64,000 nucleotides of DNA from Zygnema circumcarinatum SAG 698-1b (GCA_037447605.1 CM074812.1:2790001-2854000), one strand, 5' to 3'; shown: positions 38,903 through 52,547, counted from the stretch's first letter. Program-made: numbers and translations. Notes: generated by a model from the letters alone, not told the origin.

Positions 38903-41565
38903 TGCTCTTGCTCTTGCGTAGTTTTTCCCATTGTGCCTCCACCTCGTCCTCTCTCGTTGTTCACATCTTTCTTTCCCTTGCTCCCTCTGTGCAGACACAA
39001 GAGTTGGGGGCTCCGTGTATTACCGGACGGTGAGCGCGTACAGCAGACCGGAGGACCTCGCGCTCATGCAGGGTCACGTCACGACCCTCTTTCCAACTCC
39101 GGAGGCGCAAAAGTTTCAACCTGACTCGGGGATAGTGGCGACCTTCATTGATGTTGCTCAATTCAAGTGAGCATCAAACCAGGTTTAGTTTAGTTTAGTT
39201 TAGTTTATGATTCTTCTCACATTTTGGGTTCAGCACTTTATGTCATATTCCTCACTTTGAAGTAGTTCTCGTTCGTTAGAAGTGGGAAGCATCTTGATTG
39301 CAGCATCTAGGTTTTCATCAATCTAGGAGGCTAAAAGTACGGGAGTGGGAGAGGGAGAGGGAGGGAGAGGGAGTGGGAGAGGAGGGAGAGGGAGGGAGAG
39401 GGAGAGGGAGGGAGAGGGAGCGGGAGAGGGAGAGGGAGAGGGAGAGGGAGAGGAGAGGGAGAGGAGAGGGAGAGGGAGAGGGAGATGGAGGGAGGGAGAG
39501 GGGAGGGAGGGAGAGGGAGTGGGAGAGGAGAGGGAGAGGGAGAGGGAGGGAGAGGGAGGGAGAGGGAGTGGGAGAGGGAGGGAGAGGGAGAGGGAGAGAG
39601 GGAGGGAGAGGGAGGAGGGAGAGGGAGAGGGAGAGGGAGAGGGAGAGGAGAGGGAGGGAGAGGGAGAGGGAGAGAGGAGAGGGAGAGTGAGAGGGAGAGG
39701 AGAGGAGAGGGAGAGGGAGAGGAGAGGGAGAGGGAGAGGAGAGAGGAGAGGAGAGAGGGAGAGGGAGAGGGAGAGGGAGAGGGAGAGGGAGAGGGAGAGG
39801 GAGAGGGAGAGGGAGAGGGAGAGGGGAGGGAAAGAGGGAGAGGGAGAGGGAGAGGGAGAAGGAGAGGGAGAGGGAGAGTGAGAGGGAGTGAGAGGGAGAG
39901 GGAGAGGGAGAGGGAGGGAGAGGGAGCGGGAGTGTGTGGGAGCAAAGAGGGAGAGGGAGAGGGAGAGGGAGAGGGAGTGGGAGAGGGAGAGGGAGGGAGA
40001 GGGAGAGAGGGAGTGGGAGAGGGAGAGGGAGGGAGGGAGAGGGAGAGGGAGGAGAGGGAGTGGGAGAGGAGAGGGAGGGAGAGGGAGTGGGAGAGGAGAG
40101 GGAGAGGGAGAGGGAGGGAGAGGGAGCGGGAGAGGGAGAGGAGGAGAGGGAGCGGGAGAGGGAGAGGGAGGGAGGGAGAGGGAGAGGGAGAGGAGTGAGA
40201 GGAGAGGAGAGGGAGAGGGAGGGAGGGAGGGAGGGAGGGAGAGGGAGCGGGAGAGGGAGAGGGAGAGGGAGAGGGAGAGGGAGCGAGGAGGAGAGGGAGA
40301 GGGGGAGTGAGAGGGAGAGGGAGGGAGAGGGAGTGGGAGAGGAAGAGGAGGGAGTGGGAGAGGAGGAGGGAGAGGAGAGGAGAGGGAGAGGAGAGGGAGA
40401 GGAGAGGAGAGGGAGAGGGAGGAGAGGGAGGGAGAGGGAGAGGGAGGGAGGGAGGGAGGGAGAGGAGAGGGAGGGGGAGGGGAGAGGGAGAGGGAGGGAG
40501 GGAGAGGGAGGGAGAGGGAGGGAGGAGAGGGAGTGAGAGGGAGAGGAGAGGGAGGAGAGGGAGAGTGGGGGGGGAGTGAGAGGGAGAGGGAGAGGAAGAT
40601 TTATGATTTATGAGCTTCTGTGTGCACATTTTGTTTTGCAGCCAGTCAGCCTCAAAAGTTAGCACCTTCCAGATATGGGTCTCGTGGAACTCCTCCGCTT
40701 TGTACCCCCTCACATACGCATGCGTCTTCTATCCCGAAGACGGACTGAATTGGATCAGCTCAAGCGGTAAACTCCCTCTGAACTCATCCCTTGAGCTTGA
40801 ACTTTCAGTCGAAACATCAGTATTCAGTGTTCAGTTCAACTTTCAACTTTCAGCTTCTAGGCAAAATGGTTTTATTTCGACCCGCAAAATTTGCTTTTTG
40901 AGCGTTTGTTTTCCGTCTTCCGGTTACTTTATGAACGGGTTTCTTTTTTGTATTTTTTAGTATATAAAAAAATAAATTTGAATAGAAACTAATATCTGAC
41001 CTTTTAGGTGGTGGTGGGTTGCAGGTTGGAGCAGTGGGCAAGCAGGCTACAATGGAAACAATGGCGAGAAAGCTTACAATTTCCCGGGAACAAAAAGTGC
41101 CAGCTTGGCAAATTTACCTTTTACATCGAACGTGAATTCTTCCGGGAAGTGGTGCTTCAAAATATCTGGTAAAAATTCGTGACCAGCCTTTAGTTTTTGA
41201 CCAAACAGCAGGAGAGCTTGATTAATAAGCACATTCTTTCATTGCCTTTTCAGGTTTTGAGACATTTTGGGTTGTCAAGCATCACTCAATCTGACGCAAA
41301 ATTCAACATTTGTGATTGCCATTCAGTTACACAAGCTGCGCTCGACATTGATGTAAACAGAAATTTAATTTAATTCAAGGATGTCTCCACACCTGCATTA
41401 GCTTTATCATTTCTACAATCCTTCTACATTTTGAAGTGTCCCTTAAGTTGGAACTTCAGTTATAAAGTAAGCACCACAAAAGGGTAAGGGGCTTTATAAT
41501 AATTCCGTATAGGGTTCACTAATTTCATTCTCATGTGGGTCCGCTCTCCTTTTCTTTTTCTCTCT

Positions 41566-41602
<37 letters not shown>

Positions 41603-42323
41603 TTTGTCTCTTCTCCCTCTCTCTCCAGCTGCGCCTCCCTCTCCTCTCCCTCCATCCCCTCCTCAGGCTCCCTCACCTTCTACCCCTCCTGCCCTCACCC
41701 CTGAGGGGCTACTTCCCTATGGCTCCTCCAACGAAGACAGCACTCTTCCTCCTGCCGATGAAATTAGCAGTGGACCCATAACCCTACCAGCACCTCTCTC
41801 CTATTTCAATTACATCGCCAATGTGGTCTACATCAACAACAATGGCTTCATCTCTTTTACGTTAGCTCCTTCACCTCTTACCTCTTCTCTTCTCAGCTTC
41901 TCCCTCTCTCTTTCTCTCTTTCTCTCTCTCATCTTCTCTCTCTCTCCTCTCTCTCTCTTCTCTCTCACTTTGTTCTATGCCTTCCCTTTTGATTTTAATG
42001 ATGTGCTTGCTTGCTTGTGTTTGTAACTTTGATTCCATCACTTCTCTTCTCTCGCTCGTTTTCTTTCTCTCTGCAAGCGGCCACTTTCGTGATGGGATGT
42101 CTTCCTCACTTTGGCTGCCACCCCGTGCTTTTGGGTCCTTGTAAAAAAGTTTTACCGTCTATGCAGCTCGCCTGCCTCTTTTAGCCCTTCCTTTTGTAGC
42201 TCGGTCCCTTCTCTCATTCTTCTTCCACTGCTGCCTGTTCTTTTGTTCATAGAGAGATCTTAGATCTTACTTCTCCGTCTGTATCACTTTATTTTCCTCG
42301 AATGCCAGTCCCTTGCGGCTCTG

Positions 42324-42405
<82 letters not shown>

Positions 42406-45375
42406 ACCTTTGTTCCTTTTTACCCTTCTTCTGCAATTTTCATCCCTCTCTTATGTCCTGCCCCTCTAGCTCGTGTTAGCTTCGCTCTCCTCTTACGTCC
42501 TTTTCTTGTCCACATCATCGTCTTAAATGCTTTTTAGTAGTTCATGTCGATTTCAAAGAGACACAAAACTGCAGGTCAAGTTTTGAATTTTTTTTTATGA
42601 TTAAATATATATAAAACTGCACGTTTTCTTACTTGCAGGAACTTTTCTTCATGGCGTCCGGCAAGGTTTCCTCTTGCTAACAAAGTACCCATCATCGCTG
42701 CCTTCTGGTCAGACATAGGTGAGGAAAACAAACCACGTTCTGGAGGGANNNNNNNNNNGAGGGAAGGAAGGGGAGGGAGGGGAGGGAGGGGAGGGAGGGG
42801 AGGGAGGGGAGGGTCAATGTAACTATTGTGTGAAAGAAAACTGCGTCTTACGGTCATGAAATTTCTAGGGCAAGTCGGCATATCAGCCAAAGAGCATGTC
42901 CCACAGCAAGCCTTGCTGAACGAAGGACTTGACCTTTGGCCCTCTCAAGTTCGTGATTTCATGTGGTTGTTGTTGTTGTTTACTCTTATTCTCTGTCTTT
43001 CTCACTCTCTCTCCCCCTCTCTCTCTCTCTCCCTCTCCCTCTCTCTACCTCTTGCTGTCCTCACATTAAACCGCTTCTCCTACGTAATCCCTTGCTTCAT
43101 CTCTTTGTATTCTATGCAGACACAAGGCAGGGAGGTTCCGTGTATTACAGGACAGTGAGCCAATCCAAGAGACCCGGCGATCTTGAACTCCTAAGACAAG
43201 ATGTCAAAAATTCGTTCCCAAAAATGGCCGAAGCGCAAAATTTTTCGCCTGTGGCGGGATTTGTGGCGACCTATATTGACGTCGTACAATATGAGTGAGT
43301 TGAAATTCGCATTGATTTGAATTTTTTTTTAAATTTTACACATTGTATGATGAAAATGTCGTTCTTTCTTTTTTTCTTTCTTTCTTTAATGTCTTTGTTT
43401 TTTTTTTTTATAACTCGATTTGCCACATGTCTTCGTCAAAGAAGTCCTTTAGTCTAGCTCAGATCTGTTCATGGTTTTTTTTGGTGATTTTTTCCGTCAA
43501 CATTGTGGACAGCTGTCTTGGTTACTAAAATTTTCCTTGACCATGAAAAATTCAGTCTGGTTCTGTGACTAGAAAAGAAGCATCATTTTAGGTTCGTTTT
43601 CCAACACAGACCCTGTTCTAATATTTATGAATGTTTCCTTGTTTTTGTGTCACTCTCTCTCTCTCCCTCTCTCTCGCTCGCTCTCTCTCGCTCTCTCTCT
43701 CTCTCTCTCGCTCTCTCTCTCTCTCGCTCGCTCTCTCTCGCTCTCTCTCTCTCTCGCTCTCTCTCTCTCCCTCTCTCTCCCTCTCTCTCTCTCGTATCTT
43801 TCTTTTGCAGCCATCCGCCTGAAAGGAAAAGTACCTTCCAAATGTGGCTTGCATGGAGCACGGGCAACTCACCACTTACATTTTTGTGTATTCTCTATCC
43901 CAAAAATGGGCTGAAGTGGCTTACAGGAACTACAGGTGAGCGAGCTACTTTAGTATGCTTTTTGAAATAAAAAAATCGTCATATTTTCTTTTCAACATTG
44001 AATTACATTGAAACTAAAGAACTGGATCTTGGAAGCGCTCATTCTTTCTAACAGATTTGATTTAACTTTTTTTTTTTTATAGGGCTGCTGCAGTTTTTTC
44101 TCCGAATCCCTCACTCTCTGTCCTTCATTCCTTAGGAGCGTTCTTGCTTCCGGCTGTTTGTCTCCCAGACTAGCTACACGGAATTTAGGAGTATACTTCA
44201 ATTTCGATTCAATGCAAGCTATCTGCTTAGGCATTACTTGATGCTTTTTCAGACCTTCATAGGCAAATGCTCACAAGAATCTCACTGTCGGTTTTGCGTC
44301 CCCCCCTCTCTCCCTCTCTCTCCCTCTCTCTCTCTCTCCCCCCCTCCCCCTCTCTCTCTCACTCTCTCTTATATCTATCTCTGGTGCTCTTTCTTTCGCT
44401 CTATCTCCTTCGTTTGAGAGAAGAGGGAGAGAGGATGAGAGGTTATTGACCATTGATATTTTTTTACATTCCGGAGTGCAGGTTGGAGCCTTGCGCAGTC
44501 AGGATATGATGGAGGGGACGGACTCAACTATTACAATATTCCCGGGACTTTAAGTTCAGACTTAGTAAATTTGCCCTTCACATCAAATATCAACGTTTTG
44601 GGAAAGTGGTGCTTCAAAGTTTCTGGTACGAAATTTTAAAGAGACTTTAAGGCTTTTAAAAGACTTCAAAGTAAAAAAAATAAAAAAGGAAATTTTAAAA
44701 AGACTTCAAACTTTGGCTCACTCTTGGTCCTTGTGGCGGAGAGGGTCTCTCTTTGACGCTTTTTTTTTTTTTTTCATGATTCTTAGAATCACTGCCACTG
44801 ACAAGCACGATATTAAGGTTTACTCTATGATGGTTCAGATGGAATTTTTTCTGCATAAAAAATAGTTATCTCAATCACAAAATTTGCATTCCTTTGGAAT
44901 CCAATGAAAGTGATGTTTTCAAACGAAATCTTCAAAATTTCAGAATTTTTTTTGTGATTTTCGTACAGATGTCCCATTGTCCGCACCACCCCCTCCCTCC
45001 CCCCCCCCTCCCCCTCCTCCCCCTCCTCCCCCTTCTGGCAGCACTCCGAATTCCCCCCCTCCCTCTCTCACTCCCGAGGGTCTCCTTCCCTTTGGCCCCA
45101 CAACTGGAGACAGCTCCCTTCGCCCTGGCGATGAAACCACGAGTGGGCCCATCCCCCTGCCAACGCCGGTTTCCTACTTCACCTCCATGGCTTCATCGGT
45201 CTATGTCAATGTCAATGGCTATCTCTCATTCACGTATGTATCTTCACCTATCTTCCTTCTTCTCTCTCTCTCTCTCTCTCTCTCGCTCTCTCTCCCCCCT
45301 CTCCATGGCTTCAGCGGTCTATGTGAATGTCAATGGCTATCTCTCATTTACGTATGTGTCTTCACCTCTCTCCCT

Positions 45376-45436
<61 letters not shown>

Positions 45437-48400
45437 CCCACTTCTCCATTGTCTCAGCGGTCTATGTCAATGTCAATGGCTACCTCTCATTTACGTACGT
45501 TCCTCCACCACTCACTTCCTCCCTCTCTTCCCTTGGCCCTCTCGTTCTAGGTCTATCACTCCACTTCCTCCTCCTTCTTTTCACTCGCCCACCTTGCAGT
45601 AAACTTCGATCACTAGGACACAAAAGGATGTGAAAGAAAAGGGAACGTGTTTCGTCTAATGCAGTGCCATCACCCCTAAAGTACGAAAAACATACGCCAT
45701 AGGGACGTAGGCTAATACATCTGACAAATCCCTACTAATACCTACTAATCCCTACTACCCTGAAAACCCTAAAAACCTTACTGAAGGCCTCATGCGCTTA
45801 GAAATTGAATCACGAAGGGCTGTCGTTCATGCAGGAGCTACGCTTCATGGTATCCAACAATTTTCCCTCTCCTCTTAAAAGTCCCCATGATCTCTGCTTT
45901 TTGGTCGGACATAGGTAAGCTAAGCCATCGCCTGCTCTAGTATGGCACTAGTTAAGGCTTTTAACTCTGGTTAACTTATTATACAATAACTAAAGAAAGA
46001 AGTTGTAATGACGTATTGTGCTAGATTAAGAGACTCTCAAATTTTGCAGCTGCTTTGGCCCTTTGAGCTAGCAAGCACTTTGAGTGTGAATTCGATATTA
46101 TTGTTCACTTTTTTTCTCGTTGACCCTTTATCGTTTCTCTGTCTTTCGCTCTGTCTGTTCTCTGTCTCCTACGCTCTTTCCCACTTTCTCTCACCCTCCC
46201 TGTCTCTCCCTCTCTCCCCCTCTCCCCACCTCTCCCCCCTCTTCCCCTCTCCCCTCTCCTCCTCTCCCCCTCTCCCCCTCTCTCTCCCTCTCTCTCCCTC
46301 TCCTCCCCTCTCCCCCCTCTTCCCCACTCCCCTCTCCTCCTCTCCTCCTCTCTCCCCCTCTCTCTCCCTCTCTCCCCCTCTCCCTCTCCCCCATCTTCCC
46401 CTCTCCCCTCTCCTCCTCTTCTCCTCTCTCCCCCTCTCTCTCCCTCTCTCCCCCTCNNNNNNNNNNTTTTTTTTTTTTTTTTTTTTTGTCCTTGCAGAGG
46501 GGCGAGTCGCATCATGAAGATACTCATTGAAAGAAACTGCTTGAATGAAAATTTTCACGTATTTTGACCCAAACATTATTTGAAACAACTCGTCTTTCTA
46601 TCAGTCCATGTTGTATCCTAAATCAGTTACGAAGTTTCACAAAAGGCCACCAAGTTTGGCTATCATTAGTATCACTGGTTTTCCCAATTCTTAGTCTTTT
46701 GAGAAAAATTTACGAAAGATCTAAGGTTAGCAGGATCCTTCACTGGATGCAGTTTTATGATAAAAAAAAGCCTTTGTTCATGCTTGCTTATGTTCCTTTT
46801 TTTTTTTTTGTTTTTTTTTTTTTTTAAACCTTCCCTTGTGCAGCCAGCCCCCTGAGAGGAAGAGCACATTCCAGATTTGGCTCGCGTGGAATTCGTCCAC
46901 TCCCTCCCCCGTCACCTTTTCGTGCATCATTTATCCCAAAAATGGGTTGCAATGGCTCAATGCCACCAGTGAGCTCCTTCTAAACCTTTCCCTTAAATAG
47001 TAGCTGATTCCATAAACCCTAAAGGGAACTGAAGCAAGTCTTTACCAAGGGAAAGTGAAACCCCACAGCTTGTCCCCAATCCAGCTAGTCCTTCTTAACC
47101 TTTCCTTTACTCAAGTAATCAATGATTATATATATATAAACCCTAAAGGGAACTGAAGCAAGTCTCTTAATGAAAGGAAAGGTTAAACCCCACAACTTGT
47201 CTCGAGTCCAGTGAGCTCCTTCTTAACCTTTCCTTTACTCAAGTAATCAATGATTATATATATATAAACCCTAAAGGGAACTGAAGCAAGTCTCTTAATG
47301 AAAGGAAAGGTTAAACCCCACAACTTGTCTCGAGTCCAGTGAGCTCCTTCTTAACCTTTCCTTTACTCAAGTAATCAATGATTATATATATATAAACCCT
47401 AAAGGGAACTGAAGCAAGTCTCTTAATGAAAGGAAAGGTTAAACCCCACAACTTGTCTCGAGTCCAGTGAGCTCCTTCTTAACCTTTCCTTTACTCAAGT
47501 AATCAATGATTATATATATATAAACCCTAAAGGGAACTGAAGCAAGTCTCTTAATGAAAGGAAAGGTTAAACCCCACAACTTGTCTCGAGTCCAGTGAGC
47601 TCCTTCTTAACCTTTCCTTTACTCAAGTAATCAATGATTATATATATATAAACCCTAAAGGGAACTGAAGCAAGTCTCTTAATGAAAGGAAAGGTTAAAC
47701 CCCACAACTTGTCTCGAGTCCAGTGAGCTCCTTCTTAACCTTTCCTTTACTCAAGTAATCAATGATTATATATATATAAACCCTAAAGGGAACTGAAGCA
47801 AGTCTCTTAATGAAAGGAAAGGTTAAACCCCACAACTTGTCTCGAGTCCAGTGAGCTCCTTCTTAACCTTTCCTTTACTCAAGTAATCAATGATTATATA
47901 TATATAAACCCTAAAGGGAACTGAAGCAAGTCTCTTAATGAAAGGAAAGGTTAAACCCCACAACTTGTCTCGAGTCCAGTGAGCTCCTTCTTAACCTTTC
48001 CTTTACTCAAGTAATCAATGATTATATATATATAAACCCTAAAGGGAACTGAAGCAAGTCTCTTAATGAAAGGAAAGGTTAAACCCCACAACTTGTCTCG
48101 AGTCCAGTGAGCTCCTTCTTAACCTTTCCTTTACTCAAGTAATCAATGATTATATATATATAAACCCTAAAGGGAACTGAAGCAAGTCTCTTAATGAAAG
48201 GAAAGGTTAAACCCCACAACTTGTCTCGAGTCCAGTGAGCTCCTTCTTAACCTTTCCTTTACTCAAGTAATCAATGATTATATATATATAAACCCTAAAG
48301 GGAACTGAAGCAAGTCTCTTAATGAAAGGAAAGGTTAAACCCCACAACTTGTCTCGAGTCCAGTGAGCTCCTTCTTAACCTTTCCTTTACTCAAGTAATC

Positions 48401-51400
48401 AATGATTATATATATATAAACCCTAAAGGGAACTGAAGCAAGTCTCTTAATGAAAGGAAAGGTTAAACCCCACAACTTGTCTCGAGTCCAGTGAGCTCCT
48501 TCTTAACCTTTCCTGCAGCTGGATATAAGCTGAGATGAATAAGGCAATTTAAGATGAGTCTCTTCTTTCGGTTGCAATAGCTGGTGCTGCTTATTGAGAA
48601 AAATTAGCAAATCTGCAAACTGGCCAGAAATCAACCTAACTCGGTGCATTGAGTCATCTTGTCCATTCAGCTCCACCTCCGTCACCGCCAATGCCACCAT
48701 CACCACCACCAGGGCCAAATACTCCACCACTACCACCATCTCTGCCATCTCCACCACTGCCACCACTTGCTAGTCCACCATTACCACCCGTCAAACCTTC
48801 ATCATCCCCACCCCTCTCCCCAAACCCTCCCACACAACCCCCTCCATCCCCTCCCTCTCCACCGCCTCTGAAACCTCCGTTGCCTCCATCACCTCCGCCC
48901 TCACCCCCCCCTGGCAAACCACCTCCTCAATTGCCTCCTCCGGCCCCGCCCCTTAGACCTCCACAGCCTCCATTTCCTCCGCCTTCCCCACCCCCTTCCA
49001 AACCACCACCGTCCCCATCCCAACCTCCCTCTCCGCCACCAATCCAACCTCCACCATCTCCATCTCCTCCCCTTTCCCCACCCCCTTCCAAACAACCACC
49101 GGCCCCATCCCAACCTCCCTCTCCGCCGCCTATCCAACCTCCACCATCTCCATCTCCTCCCCCTTCCCCACCCCCATCCAAACCACCACCGTCCCCATCC
49201 CAACCTCCCTCTCCGCCACCAATCCAACCTCCACCATCTCCATCTCCTCCCCTTTCCCCACCCCCTTCCAAACAACCACCGGCCCCATCCCAACCTCCCT
49301 CTCCGCCGCCTATCCAACCTCCACCATCTCCATCTCCTCCCCCTTCCCAACCCCCATCCAAACCACCACCGTCCCCATCCCAACCTCCCTCTCCGCCACC
49401 AATCCAACCTCCACCATCTCCATCTCCTCCCCTTTCCCCACCCCCTTCCAAACAACCACCGGCCCCATCCCAACCTCCCTCTCCGCCGCCTATCCAACCT
49501 CCACCATCTCCATCTCCTCCCCCTTCCCCACCCCCATCCAAACCACCACCGTCCCCATCCCCACCTCCCTCTCCGCCGCCACTCCAACCTCCACCATCTC
49601 CATCTCCTCCCCCTTCCCCACCACCATCCAAACCACCACCGTCCCCATCCCCACCTCCCTCTCCGCCGCCGCTCCAACCTCCACCATCTCCATCTCCTCC
49701 CCCTTCCCCACCACCATCCAAACCACCACCGTCCCTATCCCCACCTCCCTCTCCGCCGCTCCAACCTCCACCATCTCCATCTCCTCCCCCTTCCCCACCA
49801 CCATCCAAACCACCACCGTCCCTATCCCCACCTCCCTCTCCGCCGCCACTCAAACCTCCACCATCCCCATCCCCACCTCCCTCTCCGCCGCCACTCCAAC
49901 CTCCACCATCTCCATCTCCTCCCCCTTCCCCACCACCATCCAAACCACCACCGTCCCTATCCCCACCTCCCTCTCCGCCGCCGCCTCCAACCTCCACCAT
50001 CTCCATCTCCTCCCCCACCACCCAAACCACCACCGTCCCATCCCCAAACCACCACCGTCCCTATCCCCACCTCCCTCTCCGCCGCCACTCAAACCTCCAC
50101 CATCCCCATCCCCACCTCCCTCTCCGCCGCCACTCCAACCTCCACCATCTCCATCTCCTCCCCCTTCCCCACCACCATCCAAACCACCACCGTCCCTATC
50201 CCCACCTCCCTCTCCGCCGCCGCTCCAACCTCCACCATCTCCATCTCCTCCCCCTTCCCCACCACCATCCAAACCACCACCGTCCCTATCCCCACCTCCC
50301 TCTCCGCCGCCACTCAAACCTCCACCATCCCCATCCCACCTCCCTCTCCGCCGCCACTCCAACCTCCACCATCTCCATCTCCTCCCCCTTCCCCACCACC
50401 ATCCAAACCACCACCGTCCCTATCCCCACCTCCCTCTCCGCCGCCACTCAAACCTCCTCCATCCCCATCCCCACCTCCCTCTCCGCCACCACTCAAACCT
50501 CCACCATCCCCATCCCCACCTCCCTCTCCGCCAAACCTCCACCATCCCCATCCCCACTCAAACCTCCACCATCCCCATCCCCACCTCCCTCTCCGCCGCC
50601 ACTCAAACCTCCACCATCCCCATTCCCACCTCCCTCTCCGCCGCCACTCAAACCTCCACCATCCCCATCCCCACCCCCCTCTCCGCCGCCACTCAAACCT
50701 CCACCATCCCCATCCCCACCTCCCTCTCCGCCGCCACTCAAACCCTCACCGTCTCCATCCCCACCTCCGTCTCTGCCTCCTCTAAATCCTCCACCGTCTC
50801 AATCTCCTCCGCCTTCTCCACCCCCTCCCGTACCTCCACCCTCTCCACCCCCTCCCGTACCTCCACCCTCTCCACCCCCTCCCGTCCCTCCTCCTTCTCC
50901 ACCCCCTCCCGTACCTCCTCCCTCTCCACCCCCTCCCACACCTCCTCCCTCTCCACCCCCTCCAGCACCTCCTCCTTCTCCACCCCCTCCCGTACCTCTT
51001 CCCTCTCCACCCCCTCCCGTACCTCCTCCCTCTCCACCCCCTCCCTCTCCACCCCCTCCCCCACCTCCTCCCTCTCCACCCCCTCCCGTACCTCCACCCT
51101 CTCCACCCCCTCCCGTCCCTCCGCCCACTCCACCCCCTCCCGTCCCTCCTCCTTCTCCACCCCCTCCAGTACCTCCACCCTCTCCACCCCCTCCCGTACC
51201 TCCTCCCTCTCCACCCCCTCCCGTCCCCCTCCTTCTCCACCCCCTCCCGTACCTCCGCCCTCTCCACCCCCTCCCGTGCCTCCTCCTTCTCCACCCCCTC
51301 CCGTACCTCCTCCCTCTCCACCCCCTCCAGAACCTCCTCCTTCTCCACCCCCTCCCGTACCTCCACCCTCTCCACCCCCTCCCGTACCTCCACCTTCTCC

Positions 51401-52544
51401 ACCCCCTCCCGTACCTCCGCCCCTCCGCCCCCTCCCGTGCCCCCCTCCCACCCCCTCCTTCCCCTCCTCCTTCTCCACCCCCTCCCGTACCTCCTCCCTC
51501 TCCTCCCGTGCCTCCGCCCTCTCCACCCCCTCCCTCGCCCCCGCCCTCTCCTCCTCCCCTCCTCCTTCTCCACCCCCTCCCGTACCTCCGCCCACTCCGC
51601 CCCCTCCCGTGCCTCCGCCCTCGCCACCCCCTCCCCCCTCCGCCTTCTCCACCACCTCCCGTCCCTCCTTCTCCACCCCCTCCAGTACCTCCACCCTCTC
51701 CACCCCCTCCTTTCCCTCCGACTTCTCCTCCCGTACCTCCGGCCTCTCCACCCCCTCCTTTACCTCCGCCTTCTCCACCTCCTCCGTGCCTCCGCCCTCT
51801 CCACCCCCTCCCGTCCTCCTCCTTCTCCACCCCCTCCCGTCCCTCCTTCTCCACCTCCTCCCGTACCTCCGCCCACTCCGCCCCCTCCCGTGCCTCCGCC
51901 CTCGCCACCCCCTCCTTCCCCTCCGCCTTCTCCACCTCCTCCCGTACCTCCGCCGGCTCCTCCCTTGCCTCCGCCCTCTCCACCGCCTCCCTCGCCCCCG
52001 CCCTCTCCTCCCTCGCCCCCGCCCTCTCCTCCCTTCCCTCCGCCCTCTCCACCCCCTCCCTCGCCCCCGCCCTCTCCTCCCTTCCCTCCGCCCTCTCCAC
52101 CCCCTCCCTCGCCCCCGCCCTCTCCTCCCTTCCCTCCGACCTCTCCACCCCCTCCCTCGCCCCCGCCCTCTCCTCCCTCCCCTCCGCCCTCTCCACCCCC
52201 TCCCTCGCCCCCGCCCTCTCCTCCCTTCCCTCCGCCCTCTCCACCCCCTCCTTTCCCTCCGCCTTCTCCACCACCTCCCGTCCCTCCCCTCTCCACCCCC
52301 TCCTTTACCTCCGCCTTCTCCACCTCCTCCCGTGCCTCCGCCCTCTCTGCCATCGCCCTCTCCGCCACCGCCCTCTCCACCCCCTCCCGTCCCTCCTCCG
52401 ACCTCTCCACCCCCTCCCTCGCCCCCGCCCTCTCCTCCCTTCCCTCCGCCCTCGCCCCCGCCCGCTCCTCCCTCTCCACCCCCTCCTTCGCCTCCACCTT
52501 CGCCACCCCCTCCCGGACCTCCGCCGTTTCCTTCTCCAATGTGA
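36561..52544 (+). CDS. Secreted chimeric protein, paralog 2: signal peptide + 3 NIDO-like domains (third incomplete in this assembly) + ~1290-codon Ser-Pro(n) rod
   Basis: Exons 36561-36826, 38387-38460, 38995-39166, 40642-40766, 41025-41168 | 41629-41860, 42639-42718, 43120-43294, 43811-43935, 44482-44625 | 44969-45233, 45835-45914, [exon 13 expected at N gap 46457-46466], 46844-46968, [exon 15 not found] | 48671-52544. Exon phases are the same as in paralog 1. The rod has several apparent frameshifts in C-runs. Confidence 0.85.
46965..48512. repeat. Tandem satellite, 128-bp unit, ~12 copies (10 apparently perfect), in an intron of paralog 2
   Basis: CCA|GTGAG recurs with its GT at 47211, 47339, 47467, 47595, 47723, 47851, 47979, 48107, 48235, 48363 and 48491. 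The unit contains a 14-bp inverted repeat, (TA)n and AAACCCTAAA. Confidence 0.97.
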
Positions 52545-52547
52545 CAG

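Noticed and set aside
46965-48512. The 128-bp array as a CRISPR array
   Set aside because: The units are identical end to end with no unique spacers, no cas genes are present, and the context is a eukaryotic intron.
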